DNA of 61,740 nt, filler included, from Sphacelaria rigidula (GCA_964200075.2; 6 parts of 6 records of this genome joined end to end with filler, not necessarily neighbours in it), one strand, 5' to 3'; counted from the first letter of the whole stretch, positions 24,501 to 37,109 are shown. The notes: generated by a model from the letters alone, not told the origin. Numbers and translations: made by a program.

Positions 24501-26062
24501 CACAGAAAGGCTAATCGGTGAATGCCGTTTTATGTTCGTATTTTTGTTTTGAAACGTGTCATCAGCGCTAAAACTCAAAAAGTGGTGTAGGCTATCTTCT
24601 ATCAACACCCGCTATGATGAAAGTGTGATCTCAATATGTGGGGAGAAAGGATGCTCTTCGTTTGAAGAGATTCCACGATGCCTTTCAGTAGTAGACTGCG
24701 TTTTACGTCTCTGTGTTTGCCTTATTGATATTTGTTATATTGGGATCCAACGACAGCCTGAATCATTACTAAAGTGTGTACCTACGTCAGACGAGGCATG
24801 ACAGGAGTGCTCGGATGCGATAATGTTCACGAGCCAACATGAGCCAAACACACGTAAAATGGTATGGCTAAAAATAACTTGTAGCGTATTCCTCCACCGG
24901 AAATTCTGGCTCCCAATCGAAGATCACCTTGACTGAACGGGAATCTCTCCGTATTTTGTCCGCGATTCAAACCCCCCGACCTTGCGAAAGTCTGCGTATG
25001 TGTTAATGTGATCCTTCGTCTCAGGAACGCTGCTCAGCGAGTTTGAGAGCATATCAGAATGCTGTGTTCGAACATACGAGCTCATCCACCGCTCGTCTCG
25101 GGGTGTTCCCGCCCTTGCTTCTCGTCCACGTCGTTTGGTCGCGAAAACCACAAAGGTTGTCGTCGGAGAGCAGTCTAGAGTTCTGACGGCGGTGACACCA
25201 ATCGACAAAACCAGTGAGGTTGGTGACGATGGTGCTGCTGTGCATATTTCGGGACGAGTGGACAGACTCTGGGACGAAGGATTCCGAGATAAGGAGGCGA
25301 ACCTGTGGGAGCCTGGCCGACCAGTGCTCGTCTATCACAGCGGTAGCGAGGTGACGGAGAAGCAGACCCTGTTCTTTTTTCCCATACTTTCATCTTTTTT
25401 CGGTCATGCTTTGCTTTCTTCTTGCTCGTCAGACCTCCGGTGCAATTTTGTGCACGCCCTCACGTTTGTGTCTCAATTGAGTTGATATTTTGTGCGTCTA
25501 CACATGTGTGTGCGTGTGTGTGTGTCGCGTAGTCGTGTTGTTTGTGCGCGACGCTTACTTCATCTTCTTCGCCAATACGAGTGTGGTCGTTCATGATCCG
25601 CTTTTTCTTGAGGGCGTGCCTGTCACTTTCAATATTCAACAATTAATAGTATATACACAGTGCTTCACTAGCAGTGCTTTGGCGGTCGCCCCGGTGGCTC
25701 AGCTGGTAACCTCGATAACTTCCGACGGTTGGGTCGTGGGTTTGAATCCCGGAGCGATCTGGGATTTTTTCTCACAAAATGCCCAGCAGTGAACAGCGAC
25801 TTTGTCGTGGGTACACAAAGTTCGACCTAACGGCCAACGAGGGAAAGGGACTGCTGAACCCTTCTCGCGTTTAAAAACAAAGACAAGCACTGCAGAAGAA
25901 AGGCGGAGAAGTGAAACAAATATGAAAAGGAAAAAACAACTTCTGTGTTGGTCTTCCTCCTGTGTGGCCCCGCCCCGGCTGGTGCGCCCACATATACCGA
26001 AGGGTGTAGGCCGGCGTCCAGAATAGATGGGATGCCAACACGCACGCACACGCGCACGCACG

Positions 26063-26123
<61 letters not shown>

Positions 26124-29100
26124 TCCTCGCCGCACTTCTGTTGCTGAAACTGTTGATAAAAACCCCTGCCATCCGTGACCCAAACAAGACAGAGTAATTC
26201 CAATATCCCACCTCCGGGTCGACTTCCAGCACTGAACGAGCCAAATCCGAACCGGCGGTCGTCGACCGCTTTCTTGACCCTTCTGGAACCCATTGACGAT
26301 GTTTGTTTTTGTGAATCGGCGTCATTTTCCGTCATTTTCGAGTCAAAATGATGCCGAGTCACAAAAACAAAAATCGTCAGAGGGTTTCGAAAGGGTTAAC
26401 GAGCTACAAGGACACACTGGAAGGGTCGGAGCATCCTCGTAGATCTAGAAGAACAACTGATAGTGTTCGCGTTTGCGCCTACGCACGCACGGTTGCAACA
26501 TGCAAGTGGATGGAGTTTTTTAGGCATGCCCCTGACCGCATGCACTCCTCCCACTCCTGTCCCCACCCGCCAGCCTTAAGCCCTCCCGACTCTCCCCCAA
26601 TGCGCAAAAAAATGGGAAATAAAAACAGCTAAGCAAACCCTGACGCGACAGCGTATATCCCCGCCTAATACTTGACGCGTCTCACCCTCCATCGAACCCT
26701 ATTGGGCAGATGAGCTGGTTGAACACAACGGCAAGATCGGATGACCAGGGACATCGGCGTCGACTGAGAACCCTCGGAGCGCTCCTTGCCCTGTCGGCTA
26801 CCAACGCCTGCCGTCTGCCCGTGGAACTGCCCGATATGTTCTTCCAATGTCTGTTGTCGTTCGGCAATGAAGAAAATGGGGACCCATGTTTCGAGCCGTC
26901 CCTCGAGGTACGACGCATACGCACTCACCGTCAACGCCATTCTATATCTTGTAGATGGTGTGGAGTTGGATGTGTAGTGAGGTTCTCAGATATAAAGACG
27001 GAAGCCCCACGGCTTTTGCTGGAGGGAGCACATATTCTTTGCTCTATTTGTAAGACTGTTTTTCACGAGCTTGAACAGGAATAGGCCAGGTTTGTTGCAC
27101 TCTGTTGTGGCATTTTCCCGTGGCTGATTCCATTTATGATGCCTGTCCTCTCCCTTCACGTTCCTGGATGAGTCGATTCATGCATCCACACAAGCTTTGC
27201 TTCTGCGCGTGTGTGTCAATCGCCTTTCTACATATGTAGCAAAACTGGAACGAACCATTCCACGAATACAACCCTGAAAATCATCCTGTAGTCGTATCCT
27301 GCGGAATGAATCTTGGTGTGTTCTTCGTACCGGTTCTAGCAATTCAGTATACTGGCACAATATGACTACCCGCGGTCACCGAATGCATTTGCATGGTGTA
27401 CTCGACAGCAGAAAACTATGGCTCACACCCTCCGCCACCCAGCTAGCTCTATTCGAGCATTTTCCGCATCTACCCCGTATGCCCGTGATTCAGTTGAAAG
27501 GACTTCAATCGGTTCATTCCCCCCCCCCCCCCTCTGCTTCCCTCTCACTGTCAGGAGATCGTGATGATGGATCCATCTCTCGAAGAGACTTTCAAATCAC
27601 TGCGCGAAGCGGTAAATGAAAGCGGCGTTGGAGATGGCGATGATGAACGTAGAGAAAAACTTCTGGGGCTATTGGAACTCGAGGGACTCCCTTCGAACAC
27701 CTCACCCGAAGCCTATATGGCGCATATGGTACGTGCGGAGGGGTCCTCCCTTGGTCAATCTCTCCGCGGTACGCGCCTTGCGTTTTGGTCTTGCGGGTTG
27801 GGTCATGACTATCACCACTCCCGCACCGAGTCAACTCTCGTCGAACAAACTCAGTCGACGACTATTTGATTACTCACGTACTCACGCCTTCGACGGTGGG
27901 AGTCATGTACTTCGAAAAACAAAAAAACGCATCGGGAATCGAACCCACAGTCTATGCACCCGAATGGTGACGGTCGGACCATCACACCACCAGGGTGCGA
28001 CTGTGGCATGCAAGGTCATGAGTACACCCCCTTGCCCCCCGCGTCCGCGCGTCCACCCCCGTTTACACTATCGCAGGTGCGGCAAACATTCTTGGAGCCA
28101 ATCCAATGGCAGATGTCCGAGATTCGCGTCGGATTTCTCCGAGCTCTCCCGAAGCGCGTTCTTTGCGGTTTGAAGAACGTTCGTCGCGGCCACCGCCCAA
28201 GAAAAAACAGTATCATCAGCGACACTGTTACAGCAGATCGCGGTAAGATCGCGTTTTCGTCTGCGGATCGAGTCTATCTTGCGAGCAATTTCGGGTCGGT
28301 CGGTGCACAAAGTCCTGTCTTTGGGGGATCTTGAACAATGTCATATCTTTACTCCCGACATTCTCACGACTCAAAGGTGTCACGTACTGCAACTTGTCGA
28401 GGGTAATGGCTGAGAGTAGAAGTTTTATTTGCGGGTCGAGATCAGTATTGTTTGAGCGTACTTTCTGCACGAACAAGCCGTATCCGACGTGAGGGGGCGG
28501 GGTTGTAGCAATGCAGTACCGTTCCTCCTTTGCAGTTCCGTCTTCCCCCATGTTCGATGTACCAATGTTACGGCCACGTTTACATACGATACCCTTGGAC
28601 GTTTTACATTTGGTGTTGTAGATTTGTCTATCGTAAAGTTGACCCATGGGTGAACACCGCGCTACCGGTCCATCGTCGATAAAGGCAACATGCGGGAACA
28701 GCGGCCAAATCTGTAGCCCACCTCGTCAGTCGAGCAGTTGTTCTTGCTGCCCTGGCAGCAATATACCCAACCTCCGACATCTGGAAATGTGTCGTCTACT
28801 TCCACTGGAATAGTGTCGCCGGGGCTGCTGTGTGTATCTTGCTACAATTTACCGCCCGTATCATGTCGCACCGTATGGATGCAACACTCCCCGCCCGCTT
28901 GCTCAATGGTGTTATGTGCTACTCTCAAGGCGTATGCATGTGGTCGCCTGTCGCTGCATGCATGTGATGGCCTGTTGCTCATTTTGTACGTGCAGCAGCA
29001 ACAGCAAGGTTATTCACATACAGTCGATACTTTTTGACTATCGATCTCACCCTCGTCCTAAACTCCTCCGCCAAACACCGGCTCTCAATGTCACTCTACC

Positions 29101-29802
29101 TACTCCTCATCCCTTCCCTATCCCTTAAACTCACCGGTTGGGGTGGTCTACCCAGAGGATGAGGTCATCGTCAAGGGTCAAGGGTCGTAGGGGGAGATGA
29201 GGCAGCACTCGGTCAAACATTTCTCCTTTCGAGGAAATGAGGCGCGGCGGGATAACGCATCTCGATCGTCCCGAAATAGTTGTCGGGAAACGCTTAGCCA
29301 CACAACGGGCAGCGATGTGTTGCTGCACTTGGCGCCGCGGCCACAGTCCGAGAGGAACACTGCAGTCGTGGTTGAAACCCGCTGACTGCTGCAATCAGCT
29401 GAATCTCTGCCCGTGCTCCGACCACCACGTGCAGCACCAACACACGACAACACCATCAACACCCTTCCCCCCCAGTGGGTAAAATGCGTGAATTCTGTCT
29501 CTGTAATAAATTAATAATGAGCGTGCTCGGTATTCGCTTGGTCAGGTGTTGTCGTGCTCCCTCGACCGTCGACGTTTGCTGAGATGACTCGCGGGCCGCT
29601 GTTCGGAGCGGGCACAACTACCACCGTAGGTGCTTCGACAGGACGTCGAAATAGTGATGCCGATGGGGGTCACGGTGACGGTAGTTTCTCGACACGACGG
29701 GTTGGCAGGGAGGGGAGCAGGCTTCCGAAGGATTTTGATTTCAGGGAGGCGTTTGTGGTGCACGAGGATCGAGAGCTGTTGGCGTGTATGCCACTCCGCG
29801 AG
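21529..29802 (+). CDS. HECT-domain E3 ubiquitin ligase, internal fragment (8 exons; N-terminus and catalytic C-lobe not identified on the contig)
   Basis: Phase-consistent GT-AG exons: 21529-21658, 22147-22442, 23468-23576, 25156-25350, 26710-26907, 27555-27728, 28077-28167 (alternative donor 28242, same phase), 29546-29802. HECT N-lobe motifs in order: LVTSREGVL, EGEGLGPRKELF, LVY..SWLN, LGALLALSATN..LPVELP.MFFQCLL, LEEIVMMDPSL, IQWQMSEIRVGF..LP, TFAEMTRG. Confidence 0.8.
23841..24038. mobile_element. intronic hAT-type MITE (198 bp)
   Basis: TIR CAACGGTGTCTTGGGAAGGG / CCCTACCCAACGCGCCCTTG. 8-bp TSD GAACATTG vs GAATATTG. Confidence 0.9.
24067..24215 (-). mobile_element. short retroposon-like element, family B (longest copy)
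   Basis: G-run + GTACTCATGATC..GCATGCCATAGTCAT...GGGACGGAGCACGCCGGGTTTTCGCCGGACCAGGC...AAGCGCGAAGCGCCGTG. Matches 30743-30822. Confidence 0.8.
25681..26121 (+). mobile_element. tRNA-derived SINE family A with (CA)n tail, intronic
   Basis: A-box TGGCTCAGCTGG, B-box-like GGGTTTGAATCCC, ~300-bp body, CA tail. Other copies at 1530-3596 and 51372-51435. Confidence 0.88.
26278..26395. mobile_element. ~118-bp piggyBac-type MITE
   Basis: TTGA|CCCTT...AAGGG|TTAA with a near fold-back body. Homologous to 46274-46391. Confidence 0.8.
27740..27998 (-). mobile_element. tRNA-derived SINE family B, intronic
   Basis: Reverse complement matches 31352-31705 (GGTGGTGTGATGG A-box, GGGTTCGATTCCC B-box, GAGTTTGTTCGACGAGAGTTGAC core). 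Confidence 0.85.
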
Positions 29803-30822
29803 GTATGATGCAGGAACATGGTGAAGAGGATACAGTTAGAACATTCGGTTGTTATCTACAACTATTGTAAGATACAACAGAAGTGCGGGTAAATCGTCTT
29901 GTCGGGCCCGTTTTGCGGAGAATTCCTATCACTGCCTCACCATGATGAGGAACAGTCGCTGACTTATACCTGTATCCAAAGCCGTGGGCATACTGTCGAA
30001 CTAGATCGGTGAATAGTGGCCGAGCTCTGAAAGTACGTCACGAACAACAAAACCTTTACGAACGCGGAGGATAATGATATACCTGGAGAAGGCAACAGAG
30101 ACAAAGTCTTTCTGGCCCGTGAGATATCGAGCGCGCTTTGCTCTTGCTCCACTTCGAAACTTACAGTGCACATCTTTTCATATTGGTCATATTCGATAAG
30201 CGCTGTTCGGTAGGTCCTCAAGTAGTGCTAGTCCTGGACAAACGAAGAGATCATCAAGATTATATGCACACACAAAACTCCACACCCCGGGCAATAGATT
30301 ATCATTTAAAAGTGCGCACATTACCCACTATTGCGACTATTGCTGTAGACATATATTCCATACTGTAAACAGTACATATTTGGCAAAGTGATCCATCGTC
30401 GTTATTCAGGGAGTGAAAAAATCGGACGGAAGTCGACCGGAGCACTCAAGAGTATGACGCACCGAGTTCGACGGTAGCAATGGTCATACCCCAATATGAC
30501 ATTTTGGAGATGTACCGGCTCAGTAATGGTCGTGTAACAACGCTGGTTACCGTTGGGCGGGAGACTTTCGTGGCCTATACGCAAGCATGCCTAGTAGTTT
30601 ACACATTTGCGATGAACCTTACTCGCCAGTATCACTGTATCCCGTGAAAGTGCGAGCGTTTCTTGGTTTTATTAAAAAAGGCCTACTTTAGAAACCGATA
30701 TTGCAGTAGAAAACATGTTATTCAGAGCATGTGGAGCTTTCTCCCCCGCACACCACGGCGCTTCGCGCTTGGTGAGTCGAGTGCGAGCCTGGTCCGGCGA
30801 AAACCCGGCGTGCTCCGTCCCG

Positions 30823-30922
30823 NNNNNNNNNNNNNNNNNNNNNNNNNNNNNNNNNNNNNNNNNNNNTTAATTAATTAANNNNNNNNNNNNNNNNNNNNNN
30901 NNNNNNNNNNNNNNNNNNNNNN
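30823..30922. other. artificial contig linker
   Basis: 44 N + TTAATTAATTAA + 44 N. Confidence 0.99.
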
Positions 30923-30954
30923 TTATGGTCTGGGTGGGGGTAGGGGGGGTGGGT

Positions 30955-31040
30955 GGGGGGGGGACGTCCTTATTTGTTGCTTGCCTTGTTCGTTTGACCA
31001 TTGACCACGCATCCCTTTCGAGACGGAGCACACGGAGTAA
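30955..31040 (-). mobile_element. C-tailed family A element (longest copy)
   Basis: G-run...TTTGTTGCTTGCC...GACCATTGACCACGCATCCCTTTCGAGACGGAGCACACGGAGTAA followed by another TG-G run. Confidence 0.8.
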
Positions 31041-31351
31041 TTGGGGGGGGGCGAGTCAGAGACAAGAATGAAACACAGCAGGAAGAGGAAAAGAAGGGTA
31101 AGAAGGAGGAGAAGAAGAAAAAGAAACAAAAAAGCGGTCCCGACTTGAAATAATGGACTAGTAATAGAATATTGAAGGACTGTCCCGTGCAGCATGGCTT
31201 CAGGCGAGGTGGGCCGGGAGCAAAACATACGAATCCATGCACGAAATGAAACAGAAGTAGTGGATATTTTTTTCACGACTGACTCCTCCTGCGCTGAATC
31301 TATTCATTCCCGGTCTTTTTACTGTCGTACGAGAGTGATACGGTATGTGCC

Positions 31352-31705
31352 GGCGTGCCCCGGTGGTGTAATAGTCCAACTATCGCCGGTAGGATGTAGA
31401 GAACGAGGGTTCGATTCCCGGCGCGTTGGGCTTTTTCTTCGTAGTATCTGATTTCCACCGTGGAAAGCGCGAGGACGCGAGTAATCAAAGTGGTCAACTG
31501 AGTTTGTTTGACGAGAGTTGACGCGGTGCGGGAATACTGACCCAATCCGCGAGACCAAAATGCAAAGCGTTTACCCGCGAGGGATAGGTTGATCCCTTGA
31601 GACCACGGGCTCGTCCCGATGAAGAGGAGGGGTTCAAAGTGCGACAAGTGAATGAAATGGAATGAAATGGAATGAAATGGAATGAAATGGAATGAAATGA
31701 ATGGT
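31352..31705 (+). mobile_element. tRNA-derived SINE family B with (AATGAAATGG)n tail
   Basis: GGTGGTGTAATAGT A-box, GGGTTCGATTCCC B-box, tandem 10-mer tail at ~31650-31705. Confidence 0.88.
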
Positions 31706-34320
31706 ACCGAACTTGGACCACGGGCGTCACGCCTGCTCGAAACTACTACTGAAATATCGTTGACAAAGCTATGATGATGCCCACTATTTCTTGATGTACT
31801 GGAAAACTATACTGCTCACTGTACGACTGCTCAATTCTCGAAGAAACTGGCAAAATGTGCTCGACATAGATAATACTTGCAATTGTACTGACCAAATGTT
31901 TCAATGAAGTCCTACCTCCCTCACCACCGACCCTTCACGTCTCATTGCGCATCATATACATAAGCATGCGAACAACAAACCCCTATCCTTGTTGACAGTG
32001 GTGCGTTCAACTCACGTGAGTAGTATCCAATTCGTTTCTTGACTAGGCCGCAAAACCTGCTGTATGCGGGAACATGTACTTCATCAAGCGTAAAGAACGC
32101 GGGTGATTTCATGTATGTAGTGAGTACATCATTGGCGGGACAAGACCAACAGCATGAATAATAAACGGACGGGTCATCGGGGTATAGACCGCGCTGCTTC
32201 ATCTTAGGGATAATAGTAGAAACAACAATTTCTCCTCCACGTCTGCATCCCACCCCTGTGACCCTCACTCGCTACATTGGTGCATTAGTAAGTACATATC
32301 CGTTGCCCATACACAGGGGGGTCTCTGATTCATAGATAGCGTCAAAATCATCCAATATGACGTGACTTTATTCAGCTTGGCGGTATGTTTCTTTTCACAT
32401 TGCAAGCTCACTCCGGCAGTCTTCGGTACATTGGGCATTATGGGGCGAATCTTATCCTGCCGTCGACCGCGTATGGTGGTAAGCGTACACCGACCAGAAG
32501 GTTGCACATTGTCGTATCTTCACTTCGTTGGGAGACATGGTGGTGGGCCCGAGATCTGACGCTGCGCACACTTTGGTTGGGGGTCGCTGCTGAGGGTGGT
32601 GGGGATAACGGGTTCGGAACAAAAAAATGTACAACAGCCGTGCGTACCGACTCTGACGAGATCATAATTATCATGGATTAGGCTGTTGTATCAGGTACTC
32701 GGCAGTGGCAAGCTTGGAAAAAGTCCCACGTAATATCTCGCGATAATGAGAGAACGTCGGTGTGACAACTGTCAGCGATACCCGACTGTAACAATACGTG
32801 GCTTCGCAAACTCCAATTCTCTTGGGTGTGCTACATACTCGTGTCCGTACGTAACATGTCCATTCACGACGTGATTCTCCATCCGCGCACTGACTTTCCG
32901 CATTGACTCTCGATGGCCATCTTCTGATGTTTCAGAAAAGGCATGATGCATGCTTTCAGGAGTAAGGGCCCATCAGAATCACGTACCGAGGGCATCGACC
33001 TCACAGCGAAGAGATTATACCGTCTGCTGGTATGTACTGTAGCACACCCTGGCCATCGAAAAGGTGAAGAGCGGTGCATCATATCTATTTTGAAGGCTGT
33101 TCACGGCAGACCGCCAATATAGCTGGGGTTGGCGTGAGGGAGGTGCGGGAACACGCGGGCAGTAAATGTATGTGCATTACGCGAACGGCGATGGCAACCA
33201 GGGGGTACGAAGAGGTAGCACTCCAATATGCCATGAAACATTACTTGCACATTAGGGTAATTGAAATCCTATTAAAATCCTCCAGACAACTACAGTCACT
33301 GCAGATATGGAGGGGGCCGTCCGTAGTATCGGCAGCATGTAGCCAAAAGACTTGACACCCCATGGATCTGCAAGGACCCGCTAGATTTGCAGGTTCTAAT
33401 TGGCGAGGTGTGACATATTTCAGCATACTCAAAACACTGTTTGCTGCTGTGGACGAGAGTTCCATATTTACGGCCGCTTTGACCAGCGCACGGCCGCAAA
33501 TTTGCATCGAAGCGGAGTCAGAGTGTTGCTGGCGTGCAAAGCCGTCAACATGCATGCCAAGTCGTGCATGTTTGTGTGTGCGTACATTTGTGCATCCTTT
33601 GATGGCCAAGATTCATCTTTGAGTAAGGCAAAAGTTCGATATTCCAACCATGACTTCATATTATGCCTGTCAGACAGTAATAGAATATCGCCGAAGTAAG
33701 CCCCAGTGCACATGTACTTGTATCGATTCGGGTACATTATGATAATTGCTGAAGGTATACCAGATTTTGGTACGGGAAGGTATTGCGTTATGACTCACTG
33801 TATGACATATAAGGGGATCCACGATGCATGCGTGCCTACAAGCCGCATATTTTATTTTGCATACTGTATGTCGACATTGGCGGCGTGAACGCAGCTCGGG
33901 TGGAGCTTGCACGGTTGATGTTGGGTGAATAAAGGGTATAAGACATTTGAACGAAGAGTTACTACACATTCCCCTGTGTTCAGAGCACCTCATTTGAGGG
34001 GTCTTCATCGGTTCATTACGCTCGCGATTTGAACAGGCTTGATTACAGCCAGATAGCGGAGGGAAGAATTCAATATTGAGAGAGGTTCACGCAATTAGCG
34101 CTTGATACAGTTCACACGCAGAGCTTTATGTGACCGTCGAGCACGAGAGAAGAGTTCGATGCAGGAGTTTGAGAGAGTCATGCAGTTAGCGTCTAACCCA
34201 GTTAAGCAGAACAGCAGCAGAAATTGCGCGTTTAGCGTTCCATTGCAGTAAAGCACATCGCAAGAGAGATTTATGAAATAGACATTGCACGACCGAAGTA
34301 TTTTTCCGGCTGACAACCCA

Positions 34321-34391
34321 GGGGGGGGGCGTACTCATTTGTTGCTTGCCTTAGTCATTTGACCATTGACCACGCATCCCTTTCGAGACGG
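34321..34391 (-). mobile_element. C-tailed family A element with 16-bp TSD
   Basis: CGGCTGACAACCCAGG at 34307-34322 and 34389-34404. Confidence 0.9.
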
Positions 34392-36853
34392 CTGACAACC
34401 CAGGAGGGAAACAAACCTGATTTACACGGGAATTGAAAAAACGTTTGAATAACGTACTCGCGTAAAAATTGATAACCAGAGGCAAGAAACTAGAGGCATA
34501 GATAACTATAATGAAGGAATGGCTACCACAAAGGAAGTAAGTATGGAAGAGTCAGCGAACAAGTTACGGCTCATGAAAGTAAAGCAGGCAGAACTCATGA
34601 AGGCCGCAAAACATGACGCTATTGCAGAGTATGAGAGAGAAGGAAGTATGCATTTTGATACAGGTGCGCAGGGTAACCCTGTGCAGACTAGTACAGTACT
34701 ATCAGGCGCGCAGGGTAACCATGTGCAGACGAGTACACTTAACCGAGACCATCGAAGCAACCCACGAGTTTTTCCCGAGTACAGGCAAGAAGCTTGCATG
34801 GGAGGGCAACGTGCTCAAACAAACATAGTGCGAGTACGTAACAACACTAGTATTCATCAATGCGACGGTTCTTTGAAGGCAGGGGAGAGCCTGGAGTCAA
34901 AGATTCGGGTGTTTCACGTGCAGATGTGCGGGTATTTCCGAGTCGAGAGATGTTATGACGCTCTTTTGTGCAGGTACCTATCCGTGTGTTTGATGAGACG
35001 GAAGAGGAGTTGAAAAGACAACACGGTTACCAGGCAGTAGAGAAGGCTCAACGAGCTTATGATGTCACCCTGGAGAAGATTACCGCACCACACATAGAAG
35101 AACATCGAGCCATACTTCGTCCACCTAGTGAAGCAGGGAATTATTTTCTCCAGTACTATATCGTTCTGCCACTGCTGAGAAGGCTCGCCTCGAACAGGAG
35201 TGGACAAGCCTACAAATGTCTTCTGGAGAATCGCCTTTAGTTTTTCTGAGCAGGGCGAACCTGATTTGACAAAAGAGACATCAGTACGGTCCCATAATTT
35301 CGGAGTTTGGTGCGAATAGGCACTATGCGCGTAGGCTATCTTCGAAATACGAGATCAAGCGTGGTATACTTATTGCGATGTCCGATATAGACACAGGAAC
35401 CCTACACCGCACAGTGAACACAGCACATGCCGAGTTGAAACTGTCTAAGAGGAGGATAGGTTCGCCAAGTAACCATGCTCTTTCCGCCACAGTTCATGAT
35501 GTTTCTCACACAGTGACACATCGGCAGGACGACGTGCAAGTCGGGGGTGCAGAAGACGACACGCAGATGAGTACAGGACCGATCACCAACAACGCCCTGA
35601 TCAACATTCTACAATCCGACGATCCGATACCAACCGACAATACTCACCGCGCTCACACAACCACTGCTGAGAGTGCGATTCGGACTGCAGTGGGCATCAT
35701 ACCTCAGACATTCAACTTTTTCATCTCCACGCCGATCCTTCCACAATCGAAACCACAACTACAACCGCCATTCCAATCCCCAATCCTCATCATGCAACCA
35801 ATCCAGCTGCAATGAATGGTATGATTGAGATATTGACTCCAATGCACGAGATGATGGGCGGAGAAATGTCTATCGCCGATAAGGCGATCGAGATTTCAAC
35901 CCAAAGCATCGTCCCGCACATCGCTGGGGAAACCGCCCCCTCGTGATCACTTCTTCAGCAGCTCCGGCTGCCATGCGAATTTTGTACAGCAACCCTAGGA
36001 TTCCGTCACTGATAACACCTTCGTCTCATGAGACGGCAACGTCTTTGATAACGCAGGATGCGCTCATTCCGTACAGCTCCCGCTCCCATACCATGCCGAC
36101 CAACAACCACAGCTCCCACCTTCACATCATTCCCATCCTCAGCAACAGTCATCCCAAGATCATGGCTACTACCAGCAACCGCAACCCCCGTTGCAAAACC
36201 ATCGACAGCACAAGCAACAGCAATAACATTGAAACTATTTCCCTCAACAGCATACTCCTTACCGACCACACCAACAAGCTGCAGCCCCCCCTTCGACTTC
36301 AGCACCTCCTACCGATGCGTCACACCGGTTGGAACATCCACAACTGTTTATGGTGCGTTCCGTGCGCGAAGGCGAGTCTCGGTTTCGCCTTGGTAACCTT
36401 GATTTGCGTAGGTGTGATGTGCTACGTAGTGGGACTGCATCTAGTAGGGGTGATGCTGCGGATAAATTGATTGCGGATACAGGTTCTACGTAGCACATCA
36501 CAGGCAATGTTGATGACGTTTATTATTTACGACCCCCTCCTCAGGGCATCGAGAACGTAACGATGGGTGACGGGACCAGGCTCCCAGTCAAGGGAGCAGC
36601 TAGTCTGAATTTAAGATTCCACATGAAATCTTCGGATGTCTCTGCTCCCTCCACAGATTTTCCCATACAATCGACCGACGTCCACGTCGCAGAAGGTGTT
36701 GAGTTCAATATTTTCTCCCTTCATCACATGCAGAAGCGACATGATGTCGTTTTAAATTCGAATAGGGTATATTTATTTAATGGCAGACTACGTTTTGACC
36801 GCACATCGCAATTTTCATCACAGTTGGCGACGCGTCTTCCCCGTACTAACATA

Positions 36854-36931
36854 TTACTCCGTCTCGAAAGGGATGCGTGGTCAATGGTCAAACGACTAAG
36901 GCAAGCAACAAATGAGTACCCCCCCCCCCCC
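36854..36931 (+). mobile_element. C-tailed family A element inserted in the Copia remnant
   Basis: TTACTCCGTCTCGAAAGGGATGCG...ATGAGTA + C13. Degenerate TSD CCGTACTAACATA / CCCTGCTGACATA. Confidence 0.85.
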
Positions 36932-37109
36932 TGCTGACATAGAGTATCGTCCCTCAACGAGAGAAACTGACTTTTCTTCACCCAGTAGCGCGGTTGATTC
37001 GCGTGCTACGATAGAGCCTTCACCGAAAATTGCCCGGGCTATTTTCAATTAATATGATTCCGCTTCTATCGATGAGTATGATTCGTCGCCCACTACTGTA
37101 GAGTCTAGT

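Noticed and set aside
25681-25755. Functional tRNA genes at 25681, 31352, 5777 and 3525-3596
   Set aside because: A/B boxes are present but the cloverleaf is broken, and the A- and B-family heads run into repeated SINE bodies.
31940-33900. Decayed EnSpm/CACTA-like transposase on the minus strand
   Set aside because: Only vague Cys/His and D..H patterns across broken frames, which cannot be supported without a search.
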